64,000 nucleotides of DNA from Eledone cirrhosa (Eukaryota): positions 376,712,001 to 376,776,000 of the forward strand of contig OZ024740.1 of the NCBI GenBank assembly GCA_964016885.1, in the 5' to 3' direction. A program made the translations under genes and the position numbers. Under the pieces are notes generated by a model. The model was not told the DNA's origin. It saw only the letters and a list, made by a program, of their open reading frames with translations, and did no database searches. The first letter of the stretch is position 1. Each line of letters starts with the position of its first letter. Below, in pieces: positions 11,759 to 25,959 of the stretch.

Positions 11759-12823
11759 AAAATAAAATTAAAATTTAAAAAAAAATAAATATATATATAT
11801 ATATATATATACATATACATACACATATACACACACACACACTCACACACATATACACACACATACATTAATAACAATAATAATAATAATAATCATAACA
11901 ACAATAATAATAACGACAACAATAATAATATACATATACATATATATATACACACACACGCACACACATAAGCATATCTACACACACACACACACGATAG
12001 TAACTAACAGCGCTGCGATCGAACGTGGCATTTTAGCCCAGCCAATGATCTAAAATGTCTTGCACAGAGTCGGCAACCAAAACATTCACTGGGAATAGTC
12101 GGCTGTGGTTGGAGTTCGTGTACTTTTGCATGTCGCTTGAGCCCGCCTGCTGATTTACATTCTCTACCACATGTTTGGCAAGCATGATGAGTAGCATCTC
12201 CAACAGCAGCCTGGTAGTCAACCACTGGTCTTACTTTATGACTGCGAAGATGACTTTCGAGTCCAGCTTTGCTTAGGCAGAGTCTCGCACACACGCTGCA
12301 TGCCAGCACCATAGGAGGACCCTCGCCGTCTGGAAGTGCAACAGCAATGCCCTTCCTCCCATCCCGCTTTACTTTCTCGTATGCGATTCGAGATGCCTCA
12401 AAGGCAACTTTTCCCTCATATACAGTCTTTCTCCATTTATTACGATCAGCAGCAATATTCTCCCATGTATCAGCAGAGATGTTAGCGTCTTTCAGAGAGG
12501 CTTTCAAGGAATCCTTATACCTCTTTTTTGGTTTATGTGGCGGTCGTTTTCCTTTAACCAACTCTCCATAAAAGAGTTGTTTTGGTATTCTAGAATTCTT
12601 CATCCTGGCAAGGTGACCACTCCAACGGAGTCATTGCTTAAGCACAAGAGCTTCTATACTGTCACACATAGAGCTTTCCAAAATCTCGACATCACTGATG
12701 TGGTCCCTCCAGTGAACGCCATGGATCCGTCTGAGACACATCTGATGGAAACGCTCCAATTGCTTAAGGTGGTGTCGATATGTGACCCAGGTCTCGCAGG
12801 CATAAAGAAGACAAGAGAGCACA
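11630..12823 (-). mobile_element. 5'-truncated RTE-clade LINE with C-terminal C2H2 fingers
   Basis: LLYACETW..LERFHQMCLRRI..LRWSGH..RIPKQLFYGEL..RYKDSLK; one in-frame TGA at 12631-12633; microsatellite-rich 3' UTR; terminal stem-loop and ATGT tail. Confidence 0.92.
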
Positions 12824-12825
12824 AA

Positions 12826-12945
12826 TACATACATACATACATACATACATACATACATACATACATACATACATACATACATTCATACATACATACATGA
12901 TGGCTGCCCCCTCGTCATCGAGTATGGCCATTGCAGGATATAACA
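12826..12945 (-). repeat. (TACA)n tract followed by an isolated RTE 3'-terminal stem-loop
   Basis: ATGATGGCTGCCCCCTCGTCATCGAGTATGGCCATTGCAGGA matches 11635-11678 and 57129-57170. Confidence 0.8.
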
Positions 12946-13016
12946 ATAGTAATAATTTTCAACTAATTCTATCGTGTATATGAGGGTGTGCGTGTACGTC
13001 TGTGAAAGAGTATATG

Positions 13017-13039
<23 letters not shown>

Positions 13040-13054
<15 letters not shown>

Positions 13055-14241
13055 TATTGAAAACACGACCACACTCGAATTTTATCAAGGATGTTTCGTA
13101 TATATATGTTCGTTCCCTACGTTTACTTGTGTACGCTAACGATCCCAGATCCATGTGAGTATTAACCACGATAAGCAGTCGTAAATGTCCCTGAGAATAG
13201 CGATAATTATGGAGAGCTGATTTATAATATCTTTAGATTTGAAACAAGGCAGTTATTTTATAATTTTTGTTTAACCAGGCACTTGAAACAACGGGCACAT
13301 TTTCATACATTGCAAGGAAAAAATAGTTAGGATGAACAGCAATAGATGATCAATATGATGTCAAAGTATGAACCAAAAATTGTTAAAACGGTTAAAGTTA
13401 TAGTGGTGTGTAAGTATAAAGATGTGATGGGGGTAGGAATATTATTAATATGAAAATAAATATGAAATATATACATATGTATTGGTTAAATCACAGATGG
13501 TTAGAGTAGGAAGAAATGATATAATGATAAATAACATATAAAAGATAAATTAATAAATTAGAAGTTAGGTTAAAGGTTAGGAGATACAAGATAGGATAGA
13601 AGGGAAGAGGTGAAATTGTTATAGGGAGAGAGAGTGAAAGAAAGTGAAAGAAAGTGAAAGAAAGGTTAGGAGGTTTATGATGTTGATTTAGTGATTAGTT
13701 GGGCTGTTGACAGTTAATAATAGTGGGTTGCTGTGTAGTTATTATAGTAGACTCTGGGTGGTTCAGCTAGAATTATGGGATTGTTGGATCGAATCATGTT
13801 GGTTTGAAATTTGCGAATTTAGTAGCTGCTTTGTGCCTACAGAAAATTGATCGTTCTATTTTGCAGTTAAGCAGCAATTTGGAATCAAATACAGTGTACT
13901 TGTGTACTATAAATTCGGGCAACTTAACATGGTACTACATAGGTTCTACGACTGGGGTGTTCAAAGATGGTATGTACACAGACATTCTATGAAGAACCGT
14001 AGACTAGAAAACATAACACTGGCCGATAAAATCTGGCAGCTTAAGGATACAAACCAAGAATACAGGATTAGCTGGTCGAAATTATCGGGAGCAAAGGCCT
14101 ACAGAAATCTAAATGTCCCACTGCGGACTTTGCAATATGGAGCTATTCCATATTTTAAAGTATGACAAAATGCTGCTTAACAGCAAAATAGAACGATCAA
14201 TTTTCTGTAGGCACAAAGCAGCTACTAAATTCGCAATTTCA
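13040..14241. mobile_element. Naiad-type PLE endonuclease fragment with internal inversion
   Basis: + strand 13880-14240 reads VYLC..YIGSTT..IWQLKD..ISW..CGLC..E..LLNSKIE..IFCRH; 13804-13876 is an inverted copy of 14171-14241 that continues leftwards as probable 3' UTR. Confidence 0.75.
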
Positions 14242-14447
14242 ATCTTTTCTATATTTCATGTGCATGTCATCCACTTCGTGGTTTGTATCGTTGTTGACCA
14301 CTGGCTGCTGATTTCTGTCCTCTGAGGCATTTTTGCCCATCTCTGTCTTTGACAGCATTTTGCTGTTTTAACGATGACTTTTCTCATTTTCATATGTATT
14401 CACAATACACTTCCGCTCCATCTCGATCAGATACAACATTGCTTTTC

Positions 14448-15350
<903 letters not shown>

Positions 15351-15586
15351 TATATATATATATATATGAAAACAGAGAGAAAAAGACTATTATTAGGAAG
15401 AAAAATATATTTTTTTTCCTTTTTTATTTCTTTCTCTCTTTTTTTCTGGGTTAGAAAATGATTAAAACGAAATATTTTATTTTGTGTGAAGTGTTAAGGT
15501 ATTAGTTGATTTATTAATTAATTAACAATGCCATTTATTTATTTATTTATATATTTAATAATTGTATATATACATATATATATACG

Positions 15587-15619
<33 letters not shown>

Positions 15620-15784
15620 ATTATACATATATACATACATATATATATCTTCTTTCTTTTCTTGCCCCTAACTTCTGATAGAGTCTTCGGGGCGCTGTAT
15701 TGACATACGGTGTTTCTTGGGCATTTTAAGCCTGGCGGAGCTCATCCCTCTCCAGGCCCGAGTATAGCAGATTTCTTCCAGAGA

Positions 15785-15930
15785 GAGGAAGAATCGACCC
15801 AGCATTAGACTGGTACTTTTTTATCGACCTCGAAAGGATGAAAGACAAAGTTGACCTCTGCGGGATTTGAACTAAGAGAGCAGAGAGTCGGAACGACCAT
15901 AAAGCATTCTATCCGACGCCCAAACGACTC
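15785..15930 (-). mobile_element. tRNA-derived SINE, diverged copy
   Basis: TATCGACCTCGAAAGGATGAAAGACAAAGTTGACCTC..GATTTGAACT. Confidence 0.75.
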
Positions 15931-15984
15931 GTACATATCAATATACATAAATATGTGTGTGTGTGTTTGTGTCTCTTTCTATCC

Positions 15985-16312
15985 CTCCGCATTGAGAACA
16001 TAAGCTGGCGACATCTGACTTTCAGGGAGACATATGCCGGCCTGCCACGCATATCTGTCGTTGTACGTAAAAGGAGAGTAAGATGTACTGGCGACTGCCA
16101 TCGTGCCACCGATGAGGCTGTGTCCCCATTAGTCATTTGGAGACCTCACGCAGTCACTAATAACAGGAGGCGCAAGCTATCCTATCCCGATCTCATCGCC
16201 AGAGATTCTGGTATTGAAATCCTGGACTTGGCAACGGCAATGAACGACAGAACCACGAGATCAATCGTTGAGTCCATTTCGGCTGCAGCCGCCGGAAGAT
16301 GATGATGATGAT
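15985..16312 (+). mobile_element. RTE-clade LINE 3' fragment (different family) with (TGA)n tail
   Basis: NISWRHLT..LPRIS..RRVR..WRP..YPDLIARDSG..AMNDR matches the typical RTE C-terminus. Confidence 0.75.
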
Positions 16313-19300
16313 TTGATTGAAACATTACTTATTCTAAATTCCCCATTTGTATCGGTTTAGTTCATTACAAAGGACTATATTACGAACCAAAGATTAATAC
16401 ATTGAATTAACATATTAGTAACATAGCGTGTGTCCGAGCATGCTAGAAGAAAATGGGAAAAATTTCAAAATTCAGCATCTAAGTTTATACATGCTAAAAT
16501 AGAAACTATTTTGATAATGATAATAAAGATTGTAGTGAGTGAAGAGGATCTCTTAGCAGTGCTGCTGATTGTTTTGGAAGTGACGTTATTGACAGGATAT
16601 ATCAAGTAAAAATAAAATAAAATATAACTCTCTTTATTCTCTGACTGTTGAAAGATATTTGTTATTTTCCCTGCGATTGCTTAAATTATTCAGTACATTT
16701 TACGTTTGCAATGCCGTGCTGACACTGCATTCAATGAATAAAATTTTCGTCTATCACATCGTATAATTCCTCGCTAAGTGTATTATCATGAACAAAGTAA
16801 TAGTTCCACATACACTATTCCATTCCTTCTATAATAGATTACTTCAGAAATGCCATTAAACAAATGTCGTGTATGCAAAAACGTGTGTTTATTTTATTTC
16901 TGATTTGTTCGTTTCATTATTTGTTTAGTTTGGGTTTAAGCCATGAAATTTAAGATTGAAATCATTACTTCATATGTTCTATTCTAATAAGATGAACGGT
17001 CAAATGCACGTAAAATCAACATGACATAAGTGATATGAATATAATGTTTGGCTGCAGTAATCACGTATTATTTCGGATTATTATTCAGTTGTTCCACCTT
17101 TAACGATCGTTCTAATAGTTGAACTATTACATAGAGGAAAACAAATATAATACAATTAATTCTAACCATGTTCCGGTACCATAACAACGCTAACTGAGAT
17201 TGGGTCCCGAAAAATATAAAAATCATTTACAATGTTTTTAAAGTCAGTAAAGGCTTCATGGAACTCATTGATTAGGAAATATTTGCAGTACTTTTCCGTG
17301 CACACATCTGCATTAAAGACGCGTATCTTGGAGGGACGTTAATAATGAAAAGTCTGTCATAATAGTATCTAATAGTTTATTTTCATAACGTTTAACTTTA
17401 TTCCCAAAGTCACGCCCATTTATTCTCTTCTTCCAATTTAGTATTCAGGTTATTTAAATGCTCTGTAATATTTTACAATAAAAGCTAAAGCTTGAACTCA
17501 TTTATTTTTCAGTTCTTGTATACCTATTTCGTTCTGCTGCATAAATATCACCATTCCATATCACAATTCATAAAATCGCTTCAGCCCAATTTTCCGACTC
17601 ACACAGCGAATATCGTGACCTTTCATAAAAAATAGCCGTTGAACTGTTGGTGGCTCGAACCTCACATACGCAGGGCATTCATTATCGTTATAACAACGTT
17701 CATGTCATTATCCGTGTTTACAGCCTAACACCTCTTTATGTACGATGCAATGAATATTACAAAATTGCGGCTTGAGTTCACACGTAGCAGTTTTATCCTG
17801 TTGCCATGTCACCTCTTCTATCAATCATTTGCCTTAAAGGAGAGTCTTAAATAATATATTCTAAAATATACAGGACCTCCACAGCTGTAATGTCGGTAGC
17901 CATATGCTTTTTCAATTAAAATGTCGAAAGGAAAATTCTTTCATTTTATTTAACGAAACTGCCAAATGCTAATTATACATAAATGTATTGTAAATGGAAG
18001 CATATACACTTTCATAGTAACAGATTCATTTTAATCATTGTATAAAGAATAAATAATTCACTGATAATCATAGTATATTATTCAATAATATGTTAGTTAA
18101 CATTTTGGAATACAGTGATATGCAGCGAGATCAGTTAATACTGAATTAAATATACATTCTGTTGTCACGCTAGACTCGATATTGAAGGTAGTTGACATTT
18201 GTAAACAACCTTCCTTCGCACCTCAGACACAAGAACAATTATGGTAAAGTGTATAGTCGATGTATTCAAACCAGATTTCACGTGGTACTTATTTATTTTA
18301 ATGTAGCAAAGCAGCATATATATTCTAGACAGAATTTAAATCGAAGTATCCAAATATAATTCAAAGAACTTTTGCGGATTCGAAATTCAACGTTAGTAAG
18401 CGTGTGTCTTTTCCATTTTATGGAAGAATATATGATCAAGAACGAAAACCAGACAAAAAAGAAACAGGATAAAAAACAAACCAGCAACCCATACACTTGT
18501 TTAAAAAACATGCCTCTGTTCCGTCCTGCAGGAATGGTGACAAATGCGTTGCTACTAAGAACTGTGCAATGATAACCGCTGTCTGTATCAGTCTTTCCAG
18601 CTCGCTTCTTCCATAGACACGATGATTTCATCCTCAACTGATATAAGAGAGCTGCAGTCCAGGGACCAGGGACACTGAAAGTCGCAACAGTGGCAAGCGA
18701 AAACTGGTATATTTTCATTAATGACTGGTATTTAATCATCTTCTGCTCTTCTGATAACATTACCCGGTTTGTAAGTGAATTGATGCGGTTAGTACGGAGC
18801 ATGTGTCACAACACTTGGTGCACCAGATGAATGACTTACCCCATTTAAACAAGAAAGGTATTACCTCGGCGTGTGTTCTACCATCACCATGAAAAAATGA
18901 TATTCACAGCAGTTTTACTAGGGATACACCCCGCACTGTAATTGAAAGGAATAAATTGCAATTCGATCTGACTTGATATGTATCCACAACTAAGATGCTT
19001 TGAAAGCTGTAATGCTTGTGCTATCATCAACAAAAAGTGTGTCAGGCGACAAATGGGTACCATATTGAGCCTGGCACTGAAGTTAGGTTAGGAGTTACTC
19101 AGATAAGGGGGTGGTGCTGTTTGAATGATAACTCGTTACACTTAGTGGTTTAAGTATATTTTACATTATCCTTATCCAGTTGATAAACTGTCTCATGAAG
19201 GACAGGGGGCCCTTATTTAATCCAGACAGATAACGCCATCTCGTATTCGCGACAGCACTGCCGAAGACGATGAAGCAGGCGATGCTAAGCAAAACCTTAA

Positions 19301-20109
19301 GTGTAGACGGATACGCCAGAAATCCACAATTTGATGCTGTTAGGATGTCACCTATAAATAAGTTGAAGATGAATTTTACAGTAAACATCTGGAGACGATG
19401 GCGCCAACATAGCCCCCTATACCATGATGGGCCACCAATGCCAAGTGACTCAGGCTATCGAAAATATGGAGCGTACGTCGAAGACCACGAACAGTATGAG
19501 CGGCACTGTGCTAAAATTATGAATTATTCAAATAACTATTTGGTATTTTTTTTAAATACACATGTTGATCATATCTAACAAGAATAATTTTACACATTTG
19601 AAAATTAATAGTTAAAAACGTATTCGTTTTTATTTGTAGAAGAAGACAATAAATGCAAAATATATGCCTTATCTAACATACATCAAAGTGATCTTTACCA
19701 ATGTGATCACATATATATTTTCATTTGTCTTCCTTTTCGCTTCTTTTATGACTATGAGTTTTAATAGAAACTTGTTTCAAAGCGTCTCGTGTAATTAATA
19801 TTCATGCCACTTAACATAATAATTTAAAAGAGGATGAGTCGAAGGTGTAATTGAATTTCAAATTTTCTTACAAGGCTTTTAAAACATATAATAACTTATG
19901 TAGTAATCATATAAAATGTCTCTGTTAACATAAACGTGTGAGTATGTGCACGTTTTTGTGTGCGTGTGGTTTAGAAAAGAACAAGTGAAGGAATGATAGA
20001 AGGAAAGTGAAAGAAGCTGAAAAATGATATTCATAACAAAAAGAATTTTAGAATATATTGTTAACATTGTGACTATAATAACTAAAACCTCACCCGAGAT
20101 TTTGTTAGT

Positions 20110-20187
<78 letters not shown>

Positions 20188-20316
20188 AACAATGAAATAA
20201 AAACAAAGAACAGGTTCCTTATATTGAAAGATTGATCATTTTACGATCGTTTATAGGATATATATGTGTGTATATATGTGTGTATATATATATATATACA
20301 TATATATATACACACA

Positions 20317-20766
20317 GGGCAAAGGAGCTCTTAAGAGTCAATGGCCATCCAAAATCACCGGGAGAGATGACCTATTAGCCTTTGTTAAGGCAGAATTCAA
20401 GGAGAAGGAAAAATCTGATATAACACCTGCAACTTTGATGGTATCCAATGATGTTGAATTGTTCTTCTTTTTGGTAAATATCATTTTGGTTAAGAGAGTG
20501 GGACTGGCTTTGTGCAGTGCCTTTGCTCACTATAAAAGCTTCACGGCACAGGCATTGCTTTATATCTGGAGATCTCTCTGCACTTGTCGTCACATGATAC
20601 CATGGGCTCAGCACTATGTGTCAATAATTGTCAAGAGTGTAGTGTTTGTACCAGAGTTTTCAAGTCGCTGGCTGGACTAAAAAGTCACACTCGTTCAGCG
20701 CATCGGTAGGGTTTCTCCTACATGGATATAAAGTAGTGGCCGTACTCGAAAACGAGTTGGCAGCCA

Positions 20767-20770
<4 letters not shown>
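20317..20770 (+). mobile_element. RTE-derived family B element, 5'-truncated, inside (TA)n
   Basis: Close match to the reverse complement of 2209-2662. Confidence 0.85.
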
Positions 20771-20804
<34 letters not shown>

Positions 20805-21609
20805 GAGGGTGCATGTGTATGTGTATGTTTGTTTGACAGTGTGTCTAGGAGAAGGATTATTCTGATTTCAAAGCCCAGATAGATAGGACTCCTTAGTTAC
20901 AGAAGCGATAATGTTTCAAGTGGCCAACGGTTTCATACTTGTGGAGAAGGTGGATGAGCTGAGGCTCGGTGGCCTGCTTCCAAGTAATGAACGTCACATT
21001 TTCCCCGATGAGAGTTATGGACAAATAGAGTGTCCATGGCTTCCAACCATCTATAAAAAGGATGGAAAGACATGTGACCACAAACAAGTCCTAATGGTTA
21101 AGGCCCATGATTGTAGAATAATGTGTTTGATCAACAGACCAGGAATCGCATTGAGTTTTCTCACGTATATACAGTTCACAGCTGGAAATATGAGTTGCAA
21201 CGACACTTGCGCCATGATGTGTCGAAGAAAGGATAGGAAAAATATTTTGTGAAAAAAAAGTTGTGTACTGAATACATGTCATTTCTCTCAAAATACTTTT
21301 TCCATTCATTCCTTTTCTCACTCTCTATCTTTTTATTTCATTTTTTATTTTTCATTCTATCTTCTAACGGAGGAGTAGCGTCTGCAACATAAATACTTTT
21401 TTTCCTACTATATCAAGCGTGTTCGGTATTTTCCTGCATCACAAACGTAATAGAGGTTATAAACACGTCTGTACATAGACAGAAAAAACTCACGACTGAA
21501 TCAATCGATCATCTTGAAACAAGTATGTACTTGCCTGCTAAGCTCATAACCAATATGCCTATATACATCGTCGACGTTCTGACTCTCCGTGTTGTACATA
21601 GGAGAATCA

Positions 21610-21638
21610 GTTGTCGTACTTTTAGAACGAACCTCGTA
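21610..21638 (-). mobile_element. Probable Tc1/mariner terminal inverted repeat (one end only)
   Basis: Minus strand TACGAGGTTCGTTCTAAAAGT next to TA resembles mariner termini; partner end not found. Confidence 0.4.
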
Positions 21639-21669
21639 TATATATAAATATATATATATATGTGAGTCA

Positions 21670-21705
<36 letters not shown>

Positions 21706-21750
21706 AGAGAGAGAGAGAGAAACAGAGACAGTGACAGCAAGAAGGAGGGG

Positions 21751-21825
21751 TAAAATCCCGACAGCGACGCATAGTGGTTTCGGCTTCTGTGTTCAGAACG
21801 CCTTTTTCAAGTGTGTATGGATTTA
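21751..21825 (-). ncRNA. Hammerhead-like motif, U3-A8 core variant
   Basis: TTGAAAA-A-GGC..GCC-GAAA-C..G-TC with an interrupted stem I (TAAATCC/GGATTTTA distal). Confidence 0.45.
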
Positions 21826-21982
21826 TACAGGGTGTGTAAAAATAGGTCACTAGTCCTGTCAGTGCTGCAGTTATATTTGTCATTGTTGTGAGCTGGGCTG
21901 ATGCAGAGGATGACACTCCCCCCCTCTCTCTCTCTCTCTTTCTCTCTTTCTTTCTCTCTCTCTCTTTATCTCCCTCTCTCTC

Positions 21983-22013
<31 letters not shown>

Positions 22014-22048
22014 TTATCTCCCTCTCTCTCTCTCTCTATATATATATA

Positions 22049-23239
22049 TATGAATAAAAATAGACCAAGAAACAATAATGTCCCTCATCAGTAGTCTGCT
22101 GATTATCGTTGGTATTTCTTCGCATTAAAGACTAGATACCTAAAATCAGCGCGAGCGATAACTAAATTAAGTTATCGGGACAGAGCGATTTGGAAGGGTA
22201 ACGTAAACAAACGACATAGTAGTAATGCAACGTAAAGCGAGGAAAAGAGAGACACGTCAATGAATCTTGTGGACTTAAGTCCGAACAAATCAATCGACGA
22301 GAAGAAACAGACACGTCCGAGCCACGCGAAAAGTGAGAGAGAAAAGGATTTCACACAGGTCAGACGGGAGGAAGTGAGAGAGAGGGAGTAACGGTGAGCG
22401 AGTGAAAGTGCGAGGAAGGGGTCAGCCGAGAGAGTGTGAGACCAGCGGAGGGGGTGAATGAAAGCAAGAGCAGCAAGGAGAGAGAAGGGGGAGAGGGAAA
22501 GAGGATAGCAGTAAGGTGATAGAAAAAATACGAACCACAGCGAGGGGAAACATTATATATGAATGAAAAATGGCGTGCTGCCTTGTTGTAATACATATGA
22601 ATAAAAATAGACCGAGAAACGGGACTGTCCATCATCAGTAGTCTGCTGATTATCATTGGTATTTCTTCGCATTAAAGACTAGATACCTAAAATCAGTGCG
22701 AGCGATAACTAAATTAAGTTATCGAGACAGAGGAAAACAGATGAAAGGAAACAAACAACATGGTATTAATGCAACGTAAAGAGAGGAAAAGAGAGACATG
22801 TCAATGAATCTTGTGGGCTTAAGCCCGACAAATCAAAATGACGAGAAGAAATAGATGCGTCCGAGCCACGAGAAGATTGAGAGAGGAAAGGAACTCAAGC
22901 GGGTCAGACGGGGGAAGTGAGAGAGGCGGAATAGCAGAGAGTGAGTGACAGAAAGTGAGGAAGGGCCAGCCGAGAGTGAGTGACCAGCAGCGGGAGTGGA
23001 GGAAAGCAAGAAGAGGTGAAGGAGAGAGAAGAGGAGAGAGAAGAAGAGGATAACAGTAAGGTGACAGAAAAAATACGAACCACAGCGGAGGGAAAAAATA
23101 TATATGTGAATGAAAAATGATGTGCTGCGTTGTTGCGAATATGAACATATGAATGAAAATAGACCGAGATTATCGCATATGCGAAGAAATACCAACGATA
23201 CCAGCAGACTACTGATGAGGGACATTCTTTTTCTTGGTC

Positions 23240-23243
<4 letters not shown>
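22049..23243 (-). repeat. Two tandem ~550-bp units plus short inverted terminal copy (PLE pseudo-LTR or retrozyme-like)
   Basis: Units start at about 22049, 22596 and 23148 (stub); 23180-23241 is an inverted copy of the unit start. Confidence 0.85.
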
Positions 23244-23290
<47 letters not shown>

Positions 23291-23499
23291 GTAAATTAGC
23301 GAGAATCGTACTTCAGCTCAGGAATTAACGAAAAACAACTTCCGAGATTTGTGGCAAACGCTCGATGATTCATATGAATCAGAGCTACAACATACGTTAA
23401 AGGCCAAACACACAGAGATGGTGGTTAAACTAATCATCCGCATAGCAAAAAAAAACGACCAAGTAATTCTGGTCAAACAATAATATATATATATATACA

Positions 23500-23580
<81 letters not shown>

Positions 23581-23822
23581 ATTATCTATATATATATATA
23601 CATTTATTTATATATACATTTATATATATATACATTTATTTATATAAATATATAAATATATATATATATTTATTTATTATACTTATTCACATGACAGTCA
23701 TCAACCAACCAAATTACTTTTCTAAAAACCTAGCATTTCGAGCCACTTTTTTTCCATATAAAACAGAAGTAACATTCGAACATCAAACAGATACGAGAAA
23801 AACCACAAACCCTCCATCTCAA

Positions 23823-23866
23823 TTCTACTTTTGAAAAGCACAAGAACTGCGAAAGCGGTAAAGGAA
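23823..23866 (+). ncRNA. Minimal hammerhead-like motif, U3-A8 core variant, in a PLE-like remnant
   Basis: CTT-TTGAAAA-GCA caagaac TGC-GAAA-GCGG-TA-AAG followed by AATAAA; stem III has a mismatch. Confidence 0.5.
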
Positions 23867-24011
23867 CCAAATAAATATTCTTAAAAAGACTCCAGTTGCA
23901 TTTTCGATTTCATCTTTTTCTCTTATACTTTCACTCGTGTAGGGCATCTCGTTTTTTTTTTCATTTTGTAAAAACAAAACTCATTTTCTAATATACATAT
24001 ACATATATATA

Positions 24012-24221
24012 GGAATATGTTCAAGACCCTGATGGCAGAGCTCAAGCCGTTTCGACGGCTATTTCTGGACGGCTATTTTAGTCCAAAAATAGCCGTCGAA
24101 ACGGTTTGAGCTCTGCCGTCGGGGTCTTGAACATGTTTCTATTACCCACTATACTACCCTAAGTATTCAGGACTCTGGTGCGTTATGGCCCTTCTGGTTC
24201 CTTACCACACTTCTTTCGTTA
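24012..24221. repeat. Short dispersed repeat with ~60-bp inverted arm
   Basis: 24012-24070 is the reverse complement of 24081-24140; related copies at about 31828-31905, 45215-45368 and 47110-47190. Confidence 0.7.
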
Positions 24222-24263
24222 TACATATATATATAGATGTGTGTGTGTGTGTGTATCTCTATA

Positions 24264-24376
<113 letters not shown>

Positions 24377-25277
24377 ATGTATGTATATATATATATACTT
24401 TTGAAATAATTCGAGAAACTGGTATTTAGCATTCTGACATATACCTAACCTTAAACAATTCCCACTGGGCCAGAGCACGTTTTATAAGCATCGCTTTATG
24501 CAGTGTGAGGAGGAATTTTAAACTATGAAAATATATCGCGTTTTATCACTGGTCGACGCCAAACTATAAAAGAAAATATTTTGCAGTTTAGTCACATTGG
24601 ACTATTCTGCAGAGGTGTCAGTTATGTTCAGAATTACAAAATCGAAGGTGAAATATCTTCAGAAATTCTGTACATAGATAGATCTTGCGTTGGGGAATGA
24701 TTTATTCATGAATAAATATGAAATTATCGAAGCGTCTTCTAAAGATTAAAAGAAACACGTTAGTGTTAAACAATGTAACGGTAATTTTTTTAAGATTTAA
24801 ATATATGCATTAAAGTTTCCTCAACAACAAATTATTAAATAATAGCAATTGTTATTATTCAGATTATGTTTTTATAGCGTTGCTATTGTTACCATTATTA
24901 GTAGTAGTCGTATTACCATGTGAATTTGGTAGTGAAATCTTAATGGGCGAAGTGAATAGAGTTCAATGTTTGTATCCAAATCATTACAGCTTATTAGAAA
25001 GCTTGGCGCCCAGAACTTTGTTCATAGCGGGAGTTACTGTGGCATCTTGAGTAACAAAATATGCTAGAAAGGAGGGATATGTGAGAAATGAAAATTATTG
25101 TTGACATATAGTAACAAGTAAAGAAAAAAATAACAGGTCATCTGCATCTACATAGTTACTGTTGGCTGTGAACGAATACGTGATGAGATTCGGTGATTTT
25201 GAATGCACTAACGTTGTACATTGTTTGATCAAATATAGTCGACATTTGACACATAGGCAAAGAGTTCATGTTTGGTG

Positions 25278-25310
<33 letters not shown>

Positions 25311-25959
25311 GTGTGTGGGGGGGGGCGTGTGTGTGTGTGTGGCAAATGTATATCTTTATAGAAAAAGAATGGTAGAAACCGAGATTATACAAATGTGTAT
25401 AGAAATATATACATGTTCAATATATAGACACGTAAACTTCGGTTCCGTATTTTCTTGTTATTTAAATGATAGCTAATAAGCTTGAAACTAGTACAGCGTT
25501 CCTTTGTCAGTGTTGAACAAATGAGCAGCGATGGTTGCTAGACACTGTACGGCTTAATTCGGGATGTTTGTTTACAAACACACCGAGCATTATAATAAAT
25601 GTTCGGTGAATCCATACGTACATATATATATGTGAACATGTATGTATTATATATACATACTACTGTACGTCTGTATACATATATGTATGTACGTATACAT
25701 ACTTATATTTAAGTAACAGCCGTACTAAGAGTGAGAAATGAAATTTCGTTTCATTTTTTCCGTTGATATATATACCTTCTGATGAAAATACATCTAGTTT
25801 TGAAAAATGTATTTATAATTGTGTATAGGAAACTATATTTGGCATGTTTATATGCGTATATACTAAAGCGTATATAATTATATACATATTAATGTAGACT
25901 AGGTTATCTATTTTCTGTATATAACTTTATCATATATTTCCGCTACTTAGCTCACAAGT

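Noticed and set aside
20893-21252. 113-aa ORF on plus or a spliced exon on minus
   Set aside because: No recognisable homology and no neighbouring exons could be linked.
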